Positions 21,545-32,000 of a stretch of 32,000 nucleotides of DNA are shown piece after piece. Numbering within the stretch: the stretch's first letter is position 1; every line of letters starts with the position of its first letter. The translations under genes were made by a program, and so were the position numbers. The DNA is taken from positions 510,001-542,000 of the forward strand of contig NC_006833.1 in assembly GCF_000008385.1 (NCBI RefSeq). The letters are read 5' to 3'. Under the pieces are notes generated by a model that was not told the origin of the DNA, made no database searches, and worked only from the letters and a program-made list of their open reading frames with translations. Source of the DNA: Wolbachia endosymbiont strain TRS of Brugia malayi (lineage in GTDB: Bacteria; Pseudomonadota; Alphaproteobacteria; Rickettsiales; Anaplasmataceae).

Positions 21545-23330
21545 TTCGTTCTTCAACATACTTCTTGGAATACGCATCCAATTTCTTCGTTTTCCTTTTT
21601 ATCTGGTAAAAACTCACCGACTCGCGCATTTCATATGGCCTTATACATTCCATTTTTATTAAAAAGTTCTTAGTGTGTGTTATCTTCTACAATTTTCCCT
21701 GATCAAGAGAACTAGAATGCAATCCATGTGCAGAAGCGTAGGCAAAACGATGTGCGATGACAATAGTTGTAGCATTGCTTATTTCAAGTATTTCGCTTAG
21801 TGATTGTTGTACTAACTGTTCTATTGGAGCATCAAGTGTAAAAGTTGCCTCATTTTAAATTAATATAGGAGCACTTTTTTAAATAGCCCTTACAATTGCG
21901 ATGCGTTCTCTTTGTCCACTAACTTACTTTAACGCCTCTCTCACCTACATAATGGAATGATATCCATTGGTCATTTGTATAATATTATTATGAACCCTCG
22001 CCTTTTCACATGCTTCAACAATTTCGTCGAAGCTTGCATCGTATTTAGCAAGTTGTAAATTTTCCAGAACAGTCCTATCAAATATACCAACATCTGTGGA
22101 ATCACCGATAAGTTTGCCCATAAAGACTCTTGTGTAATACCTGCAATGTCATGACTGTCGATATAAGAATTCATCTACTTTGCACGTCAAAGTACCTGAG
22201 CAAACACTTGATAAGTGTTGTTTTATCTGCCTCAGACATTCCTATCTTCTGACCTGCATAAATATGTAAGTTAAAATCGTGGATTATAACTCTATTTTGA
22301 TCATACGCGAAGCATACATTTTCGAACCTAATTTCTCTCCATACATCTATAAGCAACTTGCACCTTCTTTATACTTAACGCCATAACTATGATTGACAAA
22401 TGAAAACGATGCCTTCATTAATGCAATTTCTGGGTTTATGTTAAATAGCAGATTTGTTAAAATACCATCTACTTCTCCATGCATATCAAGTGTAACCATC
22501 GAAATAAAGGCAAAACTACCTGCAGTGATGTGTCCGTTCTGATATAAATAGGCAAGTAAACAAATTTACATAGTATACATAATAGTTACCGTGATTGTAT
22601 TAGCACTATCTATTCAATAAGCATCAAACTTACGGACTCCTTTATCTCAATTCTCCAGTGTAACTTAGCTTAAACTCTGTCCACATATTATCAATAACTT
22701 TTATGCCAATATATTTGCTATAGAATCATTTATAATTCCTAAAGTTGCTTATCCTGCGTAACACATTGTTCTTGAAGTTTCATTTATTTTTTTAGCAAAA
22801 AAGTTATGACAGATGCATAAATCATCATAAGTATAAGTATCATGGCAGCTGATGCTAAATTAATACCTAACAGAAAAATATACTCATAGCAATAGTTGCT
22901 ATATTAACCAAAGCCTGAAAGCAGTGAGTTACTAACATAGTTACACTATTTTAACAATCCTTAATATTACTTAAAACTTCACCTGATAAACGAGAATTAA
23001 ACCAGTGCAAAGAATGCCCAAGTGTTCTTGTGTACATTTAGTTATAGTCTCAGCCAGAATTATAGGTTTATATTTTATATCTAATGATCGACTGACAAAA
23101 AACATCCTATAATGTATGATTGTGTAAAAATAAATAGTATTAATAATGTTGTTATATCATTGTATGATTGGATTACATCAATGATTTCTTTTACATTATA
23201 AGCTTTAACTATTTTAAACACAGATGCAGGATTGCTATTGTACATAACAAGCAAAGATATGTTCTGCATTTCTAAAAAATAGGCTTGAGGTAGGTTAAAA
23301 GTTTAGTGACTTCAATCATATTAAAGCCTT
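21545..23330 (-). pseudogene. Heavily degraded ABC transporter (MsbA/HlyB type, permease-ATPase), paralogue of the adjacent copy
   Basis: Fragments such as REIRFENVCFAYDQNRVIIHDFNLHIYAGQKIGMSEADKTTLIKCLLRYFDVQS (Walker A region eroded). Nucleotide similarity to 23375 onward, e.g. tcattttcctttttatctggtaaaaa and gttgcctcat...ataggagca.tttttaaa.tagccct in both. Confidence 0.85.
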
Positions 23331-23361
23331 CGGATGATCGTAATAAAATATACAGTGAAAA

Positions 23362-25193
23362 TCAGTTCCAACATTCAATTTTCTCATTTTCCTTTTTATC
23401 TGGTAAAAATCCACCAACTCGTGCACTCCATAGAGTCTTATACATTCCACTTTTATCAAGCAACTCTTGATGCGTGCCATCTTCTACAATTTTACCTCGA
23501 TCGAATACTAGAATACGATCCATATGCAAAAGTGTAGACAGGCAATGGGCTATTACTATAGTAGTTTTACCTTGCATTAACTCCCACAGAGACTTTTGAA
23601 TATTACTCTCAGTCACAGAATCAAGTTGTGAAGTTGCCTCATCCAAGATTAAAATAGGAGCATTTTTTAAAATAGCCCTTGCAATTGCAATACGCTGCCT
23701 CTGTCCTCCAGAAAGTTTCATACCTCTCTCTCCAACAAGTGACTCATAACCTTGGGGCAATTTTGAAATAAACTCATGAGCATGTGCACGTTTAGCAGCT
23801 TCTACAACTTCATCATCACTAGCATCTGCTTTACCATAACGAATATTTTCCATCAGAGTTCTATGAAAAAGCGATGGATCTTGTGGAATCACTCCAATAT
23901 TTTTATGCAAAGAATCTTGGGTTACATTGCGAACGTCTTGTCCGTCAATTAAAATCTTTCCAGATTTTACATCATAAAGCCGGAGAATCAGGTTTACAAA
24001 TGTTGACTCACCGCCATCCGAATAACCAACAAGTCCTACTTTTTGACCGGATCCAATTATTATGGATTTGTTTTCAAATATTGGTTCTGAATCTTTATAA
24101 TGAAAATGAACTTTATCAAAAGTAATTTCACCTTTTTTAATGACAAGATCTGCTACATTTGGTTGATCTTGGATTTCAGGAGTTACAGTAATTATTCTCA
24201 AAGTCTGAGTAATCTTTCCCCATAATTTAGAAAGTTGCGAAAAGCCTTTTGCTATCATCCAAAGAAAACTAGCTATTGCTATATTAACAGTCATAACAAA
24301 AGCAAAATCTCCAGTAGTAATTGATCCTTGCTCTCTTCCTTTAATTAAGAAATATAAATTGAGTATTTGCATGACCATAAATGAGAAGCCATAGAAAGTG
24401 AAAATCCACATATATAACCACTGAAGCCTCTGTTCTGCTTTAACAGCTTCACTATGAGTAGATTGCAAAAATAATCTTTCCTGGTATTTGCTCGCAAACA
24501 ATCTTACAGACATGATATTTGAGAATACGTCTATCATTTTGCTAGTAATGCTCGAACCAAGTTCTGACCATGCGTCTGCGAGACGTGTTATCCTTCTTGC
24601 AAGAAATAAGGAAGATAAAACAAACAATGCAGACCAAGCCAACATCAATAAGGCGAAGTTAATATTTACTTGCCATAAAAAATAAATTCCAATACCTAGG
24701 CTAATGCGCGACCCATGATCCTGTCAGTCATAATTTGTGCAATATCTGGAATATAATTTGTCAAATCGTTAATCTTGTTGGCGAAACTGCCGGAAAAGCT
24801 ATTTTGGTAATAGCTATTATCTTGATCTAATAAGATAGCAATACTCGATTCAACAATGTTTTTACGGAGATTAGGAACCATCTTAATTTCAAAAAAATAA
24901 TTATACAATCTATTAATACACTCAAGTAAAAGTAACATGAGTACATAGGATATGGCGGGAGTTGCTATGTCACGGAAAAGATTATCTGCAGCTGATATTG
25001 AAACACGGTCTATAATAATTTTTATTAAGTATGGACTAAAGGAAATATCGACAGCCCAGACTAATGCTGTCAACAATACTATTGTAACATGAAAAGAGAA
25101 TGGACGTAGTACTTTTAGGATGAAAGATACAATCTGCTTTGTTGTGATGTCGTTCATATTTTTTGAACTACGCACGAAGTAAACTAACGCCAA
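23362..25193 (-). pseudogene. ABC transporter permease/ATP-binding protein (MsbA/HlyB type), split by one frameshift; possibly functional if this is a sequencing error
   Basis: ORFs 24696..25193 and 23362..24648 are the N- and C-parts of one protein of about 610 aa. Between them the shifted frame reads GSRISLGIGIYFLWQVNINFALLMLAWSALFVLSS with no stops. C-part has QRQRIAIARAILKNAPILILDEATSQLD and the H-loop region. Confidence 0.85.
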
Positions 25194-25599
25194 CCAGTTT
25201 GAAAAATTTATGCTGCTTTATATTATAATACTTTATAAACCAAAAATAAAAAGAGAAAATAGCCGTGCTTAATATACAAGGTAATACTCTACCTCTGTAG
25301 ACAATGGATATTCTTGGCATTATGTGCTTTTGTTTGATCTAGGTTACTGTCGATAATTGTTATTTTTCTACAATTGCCTTTATCTCCTCTCTCATTCATT
25401 CCGTACAATATATTTTTGATGATGCGCCAGTAATACATGTGAACTTGTCAATTTTGGTGTGGATGTCTCTATAATGTCTTTGCTCTTTACCATAAATTTA
25501 TAAAACACCAACAATTGGTTTAACTTTTCATGAGTTCTATCAACTTTCTCGATGCCGTTTATATTTATATTAGCATTTATTCCAAACACTGGAGTTATT

Positions 25600-26536
25600 A
25601 AAAGTAACTATATTCCTGTATTATAAAACAAATTATTTTCGCTTGGACTTAGTTTATTTATTGCCAGCATATCAGCAAATGCAGTCCTTATCTACATGTC
25701 GAATAAATTAGACTAGTTATTATACTCTTATCGTCATTTCTTTATGTTGTTTTAGTATATAATAATATGCTGACAGACATATATCACTCGGATAAGAATT
25801 TATTTTACAAATATCTCTTTTTGGGAAGCAGGCATTTATTGCAATTAGCTTTTGTTCAAGCAATGTTTTTAGTCTACTTAATAATGCCAAGTTCTAGTGA
25901 CCGTTAGTTTAGCTTCAAATAACAAGACTACTATTTTACCACTATTTATAAACATAATTTTGGCTATAGGTGCACCATTTATATATTTTGCCTATTCAGT
26001 GGATAGTGTTGAATTGATACAATTTTCCATTTGGAATATGAGAATTGCTGGAGCAAGTTCTACCGTGTTTTTAAAATTAGTGTGCTTTAATATCAGGACT
26101 TTTATTAATGATAAGGGTAACTATCTATTACATTCATTTCTGTTATTTACCTAAGGAGGTGTACTTGAAATACTGACTATTGAAGGAAATGTTACTATCC
26201 ATGCCCATTATCATGGTTCTGTAGCCGGTATCACTATAGCTTTTATAAATTTTGTCTACTGGCTATTACCAAAATTAGGCTGTAAAAAGATAAAAAGTCC
26301 ATAGTAAGATTACAGATCTATGCCTATAGTGTAGAATATTCTTTGCATATTACCGGATTTGTATGGCTTGGTGGATATGGTGCTTTAAGAAAATCTGTAG
26401 ATTTGTCAAATATTCTATTAAAATTAGCATATACTTGTTCTGTCGTAGGTAGAGCTATATCAGTTGTTGGCGAAATGTTGTTCATAATAACTGTGCTTTC
26501 ATCTTTGTTAAAAAAGGCAAAGCGCGTAACTTAAAC
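25600..26536 (+). pseudogene. Remnant of a heme-copper oxidase subunit I-like gene (COX1 superfamily)
   Basis: Fragments in shifting frames: LFIASISANAVLIYMSNK, NISFWEAG..., FINIILAIGAPFIYFAYSVDS, IHAHYHGSVAGITIAFINFVYWLLPKLG, YSLHITGFVWLGGYGALRKSVDLSNILLKL...VVGEMLFIITVLSSL. These resemble the last TM helices of cytochrome oxidase I-like proteins. Confidence 0.55.
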
Positions 26537-26599
26537 TTTCAAATGGCTAATAACACACAACTGTAAGAATATTGTACTACCAGGCGAGTCGTTCAAGTA

Positions 26600-26865
26600 G
26601 CCCTCTTTTTGTCATCCCAGTGCGTGACACTGTTATTTAGTAAATTTATTTACTACTTCTATCATCCTATGGTCTTTTAGTGCGAGGAGCAAGCGTCAAG
26701 TGGCCGGGAATATTGGCAACCCCACGTCATACCACGATTCGTTTGCGGTATCTCACCATAGATTCTGCTAACGAGTAGCAGAATGAAGGTTGTCATTTAG
26801 CTATAAATATTAAAAAATTTTACTAAATAGAAAAAAAGGCAAAAAAACTCCAGGTAGCGAGTTTT
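26600..26865 (-). repeat. Interspersed intergenic repeat, copy 4, inverted
   Basis: Reverse complement gagtttttttgccttttttttctatttagtaaa...atttatagctaaatgacaaccttcattctgctactcgttagcagaatctatggtgagataccgcaaacgaatcgtggtatgacgt...accataggatgatagaagtagtaaataaatttactaaataacagtgtcac aligns with copies 1 and 2. Confidence 0.8.
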
Positions 26866-27213
26866 GACCATATAATAATTTAAACTGGCACTGTAATAAT
26901 TTGCTAACGCCTAGTTTAAGCGCAATTTAGCTGAATATAGAAAAATTTAAAAGACATGTAGCCGCAATAATCTGATGTAATCCACCAATAAATACTTGAG
27001 TTTTTTTACTAAATTTTGTTATTAAACCTGCAGGTCAAAAACAGGTCGTAAGTCAAAAATACCCTTGCTATCATGATAAGGAGGTTAGTAAAGTTTATCA
27101 AGAAGTAGTTTTTTGCATTTCTATTTCATAAGCTATTTGAATCTTGGTTTATCAAATCACAACATCTATATAGTTACAGTGATATAATTTAGATCTAGCT
27201 ACAAAACACAAAA

Positions 27214-28767
27214 CTAATGAAAGAAGCTACGAATACCAGTGAAAAACATAGCAATTTCATTTTCATTTGCAGCTTTTATCACATCTTGATCTTTCAGCGA
27301 ACCACCAGGCTGAACTATGGCTGTGATTCCATGTTTTGCACTTTCCACTATGCTATCTGGAAATGGAAAAAATGCATCTGAAGCAAGCACAGCACCCTTA
27401 CACTTTTCATCCGCATTTTTCACTGCGATGTTCACACTATCTATTCTGCTTGTTTGTCCTGCACCAATGCCAATAGCACAACCGCCTTTTGCTATAACTA
27501 TTGCATTGGATTTTACATGTTTACATATTTTCCAAGCAAAAATGAGATCTTCTTTTTCTTCTTCCGTTGCAGTGTGTTCTGTTACTTGACTCATTTCTTC
27601 TGCTTTTATTGCGTAGCTATTATTTTCCTGTACTAAAAACCCACCAATAATATTTTTAATCTGATATTTCGCATTTTGCTGAAGAGATCTATAAATAATC
27701 ACTCTTAGATTTTTCTTTCTTTGCAAAGTTTTTAGTGCTTCATCGCTGACTGATGGTGCTACCACTACCTCCAAAAATATTTCGCTCAATTTTTCTGCTA
27801 GCTTTAAATCTATCTCCCGATTTAAAGCAACTATGCCACCAAAACTGCTTATTTCATCACACGATAGAGCTTTTTTATATGCTTCCAAAACACTATTACC
27901 AACAGCAGCGCCACATGGGTTATTGTGCTTAATTATCACTGCTACAGGCTCTTTAAACTCAGAAACTATATTAAGCGCAGATTCTATGTCTACTATATTA
28001 TTATAACTCAACTCTTTTCCATGTATTTTTTCCAGTGGATACTTAGTAAATTGATTACTATAAAATGCAGCTTTTTGATGAGGATTCTCACCATACCTTA
28101 ATTCTTGTACTTTACTTCCATATAGAACAAAAAACTCTGGTAATTCACTACTTTTACTCTTGGATAAAAACCAGCTGTAAATATTAGAATCGTAGTGTGC
28201 AGTAAGAGCAAACGCCTTAGTTGCTAGATATTTTCTATATTCTAATGTTGTCTTATTGTTATTTTTCATCATTTCAGCTTTCAGTGCTTCATAGTCCTGA
28301 ACACTAGAAATGACCGAAGTAAAATGAAAAATTTTTGCTGCAGCTCTAATTAGCGCTACTCCACCAATATCTATTTGCTCTACGATTTGTTCTTCACTTG
28401 AGCCGCTACTGACTGTTTCCCAAAATGGATATAAATTAATTACAAGCAGATCTATAGGTTCAATTCCTAGATCCTGCATCTCCTTTTTGTGTTTTTCCCG
28501 ATCAAAGAGTATTCCTGCGTGAATTTTAGGATGCAAAGTTTTCACTCTACCACCTAATATCTCTGGGAATTGCGTGTAATTGGAGACTTCTTGTGTTTTT
28601 ATTCCCGCATCGGACAGCACTTTATATGTATTTCCTGTTGAGAGAATCTCTACTTGTTGCTGTATTAAAAACGATGCAAGATCAATTATATTTGTCTTAT
28701 CATATACTGATATTAAAGCTCTCTTAATCTTCACTTTTATGTAGAAAGTTTTTTTAAGATTATACAT
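27214..28767 (-). CDS. purH: Bifunctional phosphoribosylaminoimidazolecarboxamide formyltransferase / IMP cyclohydrolase
   Basis: RALISVYDKTNIIDLASFL, ILGGRVKTLHPKIHAGIL, KHNNPCGAA, VLASDAFFPFPDSI, GITAIVQPGGS. True start is probably near KIKRALISVYDK, downstream of the ORF-track start. Confidence 0.95.
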   Translation of the reverse strand: MYNLKKTFYIKVKIKRALISVYDKTNIIDLASFLIQQQVEILSTGNTYKVLSDAGIKTQEVSNYTQFPEILGGRVKTLHPKIHAGILFDREKHKKEMQDLGIEPIDLLVINLYPFWETVSSGSSEEQIVEQIDIGGVALIRAAAKIFHFTSVISSVQDYEALKAEMMKNNNKTTLEYRKYLATKAFALTAHYDSNIYSWFLSKSKSSELPEFFVLYGSKVQELRYGENPHQKAAFYSNQFTKYPLEKIHGKELSYNNIVDIESALNIVSEFKEPVAVIIKHNNPCGAAVGNSVLEAYKKALSCDEISSFGGIVALNREIDLKLAEKLSEIFLEVVVAPSVSDEALKTLQRKKNLRVIIYRSLQQNAKYQIKNIIGGFLVQENNSYAIKAEEMSQVTEHTATEEEKEDLIFAWKICKHVKSNAIVIAKGGCAIGIGAGQTSRIDSVNIAVKNADEKCKGAVLASDAFFPFPDSIVESAKHGITAIVQPGGSLKDQDVIKAANENEIAMFFTGIRSFFH

Positions 28768-28873
28768 AAAAAAAGTGATTTGGCTATAGTCACATTGCTC
28801 ACAAATGAACAGACCTCTTACCTTTTTACATACAGACCCTGTATTTTGACATGAAGCTTAATGTTTATTGTAC

Positions 28874-30115
28874 TTACACAAGCAAAGTTTGATGGATATT
28901 TTCCATTATATTACCGTAAGCAATTATCTTTTCTTCACCTGTATCCATATTTTTAATCTTTAAAGTTTTACTGCCCAGTTCTTCATTACCAAAAATTAAT
29001 GCAGCCTTAGCATTTGCCTGACTTGCTTTTTTCATTCGGTTTTTAAGCGCCCCGTTATACTCATAGATTACATATAAGCCATTCCTGCGCAATTCATTCG
29101 CAAGTGTCAAAGCATGCTCTTCAGCTTCTCTGCCAATAGGAACTAAGCAAATAGGTCTATCTCCCTTCATGGAATAGTTAATTAATTCCATTATGCGTTC
29201 AATACCCCCTGCAAATCCTATTGCTGGAGTATATTTTCCACCTACTGAAGATACCAGATTGTCATATCTTCCACCTGCAAAGACCGCCCCTTGTGCACCA
29301 AAATCCTCTATAACAAATTCAAACACTGTATGGCAATAATAATCCAGCCCTCGAACTAATTTACTATTTACAGTACAAGGTATATTGAGAGCTGTTAATC
29401 CATTTAGTATTTGCTCAAAGAAATCTGAGGATTCTCTTGTATAATAATCACTGATTTTGGGTGCATCAGAGATTATCAATTTATCTTTCTCATCCTTGGA
29501 ATCTAATATTCTGAGTGGGTTTTTAGTCAATCTATTTTGGCTGTCCTCTGATAGGTCATTTTGAAACTTTTTAAAGTACGGTATCAAAACTTCTTTGTAC
29601 TTAGCAATTGTTTCACTATCACCCAAAGAGTTAATTTCTAGTCTTACATTCTTGCTGATATTAAATTCAGTTAATAAATGATGAGCAAGCGATATCAATT
29701 CAATATCAGCTTTTGGATTTTCTACACCAAAAACCTCAAAATTTATTTGGTGAAATTGTCTCTGCCGTCCCTTTTGTGGTCTTTCATAGCGAAATGCAGG
29801 TCCTGTTGAAAATAATTTTATCGGTATTTGCAGTTTTTTTTCAACCAATAGCCTAACAATCGCTGCGGTGAACTCAGGACGTAAAGTTATGCTCTTTCCT
29901 CCCTTATCATAAAAAGTATACATCTCTTTATTAATAATGTCGGAACCATCACCTAAAGTTTTCATGAAGACTTCTGTATATTCAAATATCGGAGTTTGGG
30001 CAGGTAAAAAGCCGTAAAGACTTGAGATCCTATTTGCTATTTGCTGAATGTATTTAAACCTATACCATTCATCAAATAGAAGATCCTTTGTTCCTCTAAC
30101 TGTTTGATTAGTCAT
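28874..30115 (-). CDS. hisS: Histidyl-tRNA synthetase
   Basis: [61 protein letters not shown]. Start ATG at 30113-30115 ([11 protein letters not shown]); the upstream 30 codons in the ORF track are out-of-frame nfu sequence. Confidence 0.95.
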   Translation of the reverse strand: MTNQTVRGTKDLLFDEWYRFKYIQQIANRISSLYGFLPAQTPIFEYTEVFMKTLGDGSDIINKEMYTFYDKGGKSITLRPEFTAAIVRLLVEKKLQIPIKLFSTGPAFRYERPQKGRQRQFHQINFEVFGVENPKADIELISLAHHLLTEFNISKNVRLEINSLGDSETIAKYKEVLIPYFKKFQNDLSEDSQNRLTKNPLRILDSKDEKDKLIISDAPKISDYYTRESSDFFEQILNGLTALNIPCTVNSKLVRGLDYYCHTVFEFVIEDFGAQGAVFAGGRYDNLVSSVGGKYTPAIGFAGGIERIMELINYSMKGDRPICLVPIGREAEEHALTLANELRRNGLYVIYEYNGALKNRMKKASQANAKAALIFGNEELGSKTLKIKNMDTGEEKIIAYGNIMENIHQTLLV

Positions 30116-30684
30116 AACGTAGTCTCTATACCTGAAACCTCTGGTATGTGGTAACACAGCATATTTTGCACTCCTTGTTTTAGGGTAATTGCAGCACTTG
30201 GGCATCCAGAGCAGGCTCCTTGCAGTTCAACATAAACTATTCCATCTTTATAGCCGCGGAATTTGATGTCGCCGCCGTCTTGAGCAACTGCAGGTTTGAT
30301 GTAATTTTCCATCAACTCCTTTATTCTATTTACAATTTCTATATCATTTTCATCGAAAAATTCCTCATCCGGTATGTTGTTGTCATTCACTCCTTTTCTA
30401 TCTAGTGCCTTCCCACCAGAGGTAAAGTGATCCATAACCGTAGTTAAAATTTCCACTTTTAATATGTCCCAACTAATCCCATCCGATTTTGTTACTGAAA
30501 TAAAATCATGGCCAAAAAATACTCTTATCACATGTTCTATTTGGAAAAGGTCTGCTGCTAATTTAGAATTTTTTATTTCATCTGGATTTGAAAAATCAGC
30601 AGTTTCCCTTTCGTTTAAAATCGCAAACCCAGGAAGAAATTTTAGCGTATTGGGGTTTGGTGTTTCTTCAATTTGAATGAACAT
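30112..30684 (-). CDS. NfuA/NFU1-type iron-sulfur cluster scaffold protein
   Basis: [18 protein letters not shown] (Nfu N-terminal domain) and [54 protein letters not shown] (CxxC NifU-like domain). Confidence 0.93.
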   Translation of the reverse strand: MFIQIEETPNPNTLKFLPGFAILNERETADFSNPDEIKNSKLAADLFQIEHVIRVFFGHDFISVTKSDGISWDILKVEILTTVMDHFTSGGKALDRKGVNDNNIPDEEFFDENDIEIVNRIKELMENYIKPAVAQDGGDIKFRGYKDGIVYVELQGACSGCPSAAITLKQGVQNMLCYHIPEVSGIETTL

Positions 30685-30846
30685 GTTATTTACCTGACGA
30701 TTATAATATTACTATTTAATCACAAAATGAAAAAAATATACACGTCATTCCTTTTTTGGCACTCATGGTAGGTTAAATTTACCCTACCTAAGGTAGTTGT
30801 GTCTTTCCTCAGAAGTCACACTAAAAATTATACTGGCAATAACATG

Positions 30847-31014
30847 TATATAGATGAGGCATTAAAAATACCGGAGCTAAATCCTGAAGCAAGTTAAAAT
30901 AAAATCAATAAAACATATCAAAATTTAATTAAGTTAGTTCATCCAGACAAAGGAGGCTTAGAATATTTTGTGCAAAAGTTAAATGCAGCACGTGATAAGT
31001 TGCTAAAAAGATAA
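30847..31014 (+). pseudogene. DnaJ-domain protein, C-terminal J-domain remnant with an in-frame stop
   Basis: Single frame reads MYIDEALKIPELNPEAS*NKINKTYQNLIKLVHPDKGGLEYFVQKLNAARDKLLKR*. It contains HPDKGG; internal TAA at 30898-30900. Confidence 0.75.
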
Positions 31015-31170
31015 TAACTGTCTATTACATAGTAACCATTAAAAATTTTTTCGGTTTCCCATATAAATTCTACTGCTGCAGACTTAAGTTATGAATCTAA
31101 ATAAGCACTCAAATTTGAGTGCTTATTTCTTGAAAAAAACAGATATATACAGACATTAGTTTGTATTATC

Positions 31171-32000
31171 TCAGTGGAACTTAACAAGTTTATCTATAGT
31201 TTTAGTAATGATTCTTGGAGTATCCGGAGAAACCTTTGAATTAAGCCTATTTAGTTGCTCTATAGCAAATTCACTATTCTCATTGGCTATAAAATTACAC
31301 AAAATGTCTTCTATACTCTTAGTAATATTTTCATACTTTCTCAAAGGATGATTTTGTGGATACCTATTGATGGTTTTAATACTGGAATACTCGACAAAAG
31401 CTTGATCCTTAAAAGCAAGTTCTCTCAATTGTTCTTTAAGTTTTAATTCTTCCTCTTTTGCCAATAGGCAAGATTGTATCAGTGATTTTATGATTGAATT
31501 TATTGTTTGATGTATCTCATAATTTACTACAATATTAATAATATTCTCTTTTACCACACAATCATACATACTTTTTTCGCTCTTTAACAACTCTATCAAT
31601 GTTTCGCTATTTTGCGAATTTAATTCTAAATTTTCTTCGCTCATAGGAGTCATGATGAAGGTGTTTTTATTCACTCTAATGTTGAACTGTGGAGAGCCAC
31701 CAAAAAATGAAAGCACTATGCCCTTAGATTCAAGTGCATGATTACATGCAGAAAAGAGAGTGTGCGCTATAACACTGCTTGGCACCTTCATTCCGTGTTT
31801 ACTCAAGTGATGCAGTATATTTTCAACGTCATAATACGTGAAGTCTGAACTTTTTAGTAAATCAACAATCTCTATGCTATCTTGTTGTTTATACCTTATC
31901 CTTACCTCCTCTGTAAAAAGAGTTTTGGCTGCTACATGTTTATCAAGCACCGTGAAAATTTTGATGAAATTCTCTAAATCCTGTTTGTCAATTAATTCAA
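31171..32000 (-). CDS. Hypothetical protein, 5' end beyond the right edge of the window
   Basis: ORF 31171..31950 starts at a GTG, but the frame stays open upstream to the edge (ELIDKQDLENFIKIFT-VLDKHVAAK...), so the listed start is probably artefactual. Confidence 0.6.
   Translation of the reverse strand, partial: ELIDKQDLENFIKIFTVLDKHVAAKTLFTEEVRIRYKQQDSIEIVDLLKSSDFTYYDVENILHHLSKHGMKVPSSVIAHTLFSACNHALESKGIVLSFFGGSPQFNIRVNKNTFIMTPMSEENLELNSQNSETLIELLKSEKSMYDCVVKENIINIVVNYEIHQTINSIIKSLIQSCLLAKEEELKLKEQLRELAFKDQAFVEYSSIKTINRYPQNHPLRKYENITKSIEDILCNFIANENSEFAIEQLNRLNSKVSPDTPRIITKTIDKLVKFH

Noticed and set aside
23874-24125. Plus-strand ORFs overlapping the ABC transporter (23334..23537, 23874..24125, 24488..24685)
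   Set aside because: Antisense shadows of the conserved ABC coding frame.
27317-30676. Plus-strand ORFs 27317..27589, 27454..27636, 30220..30405 and 30464..30676
   Set aside because: Antisense to purH and nfu.

Overview
AT-rich window from an alphaproteobacterial endosymbiont, most likely Wolbachia. That call rests on protein flavour, low gene density and decaying ankyrin genes; I ran no database search. Intact or near-intact genes are purE (5' end only), an iron(III)-binding fbpA-like protein, a 4-TM hypothetical, nadK, rpmE, fabD, gpmI, gyrA, petA, rsmA, tpiA, a fused ispD-ispF gene, purH, hisS, an Nfu-type scaffold gene and a hypothetical running off the right edge. Three tRNAs are readable: Asn-GTT, Val-TAC and Thr-TGT. 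The rest is mostly decaying DNA: two ankyrin remnants, an unknown gene with two in-frame stops, a HAD-phosphatase-like pseudogene, a tandem pair of MsbA/HlyB-type ABC transporters (one heavily decayed, one with a single frameshift), a heme-copper oxidase subunit I-like remnant and a nonsense-interrupted DnaJ-domain gene. A diverged interspersed repeat of about 200-300 bp with a conserved internal hairpin occurs at least four times in the intergenic regions. I see no CRISPR array, defence island, prophage module, secretion cluster or other convincing new multi-gene system. The best follow-ups are the repeat family, the HAD-like pseudogene, the oxidase remnant and the frameshifted ABC transporter.
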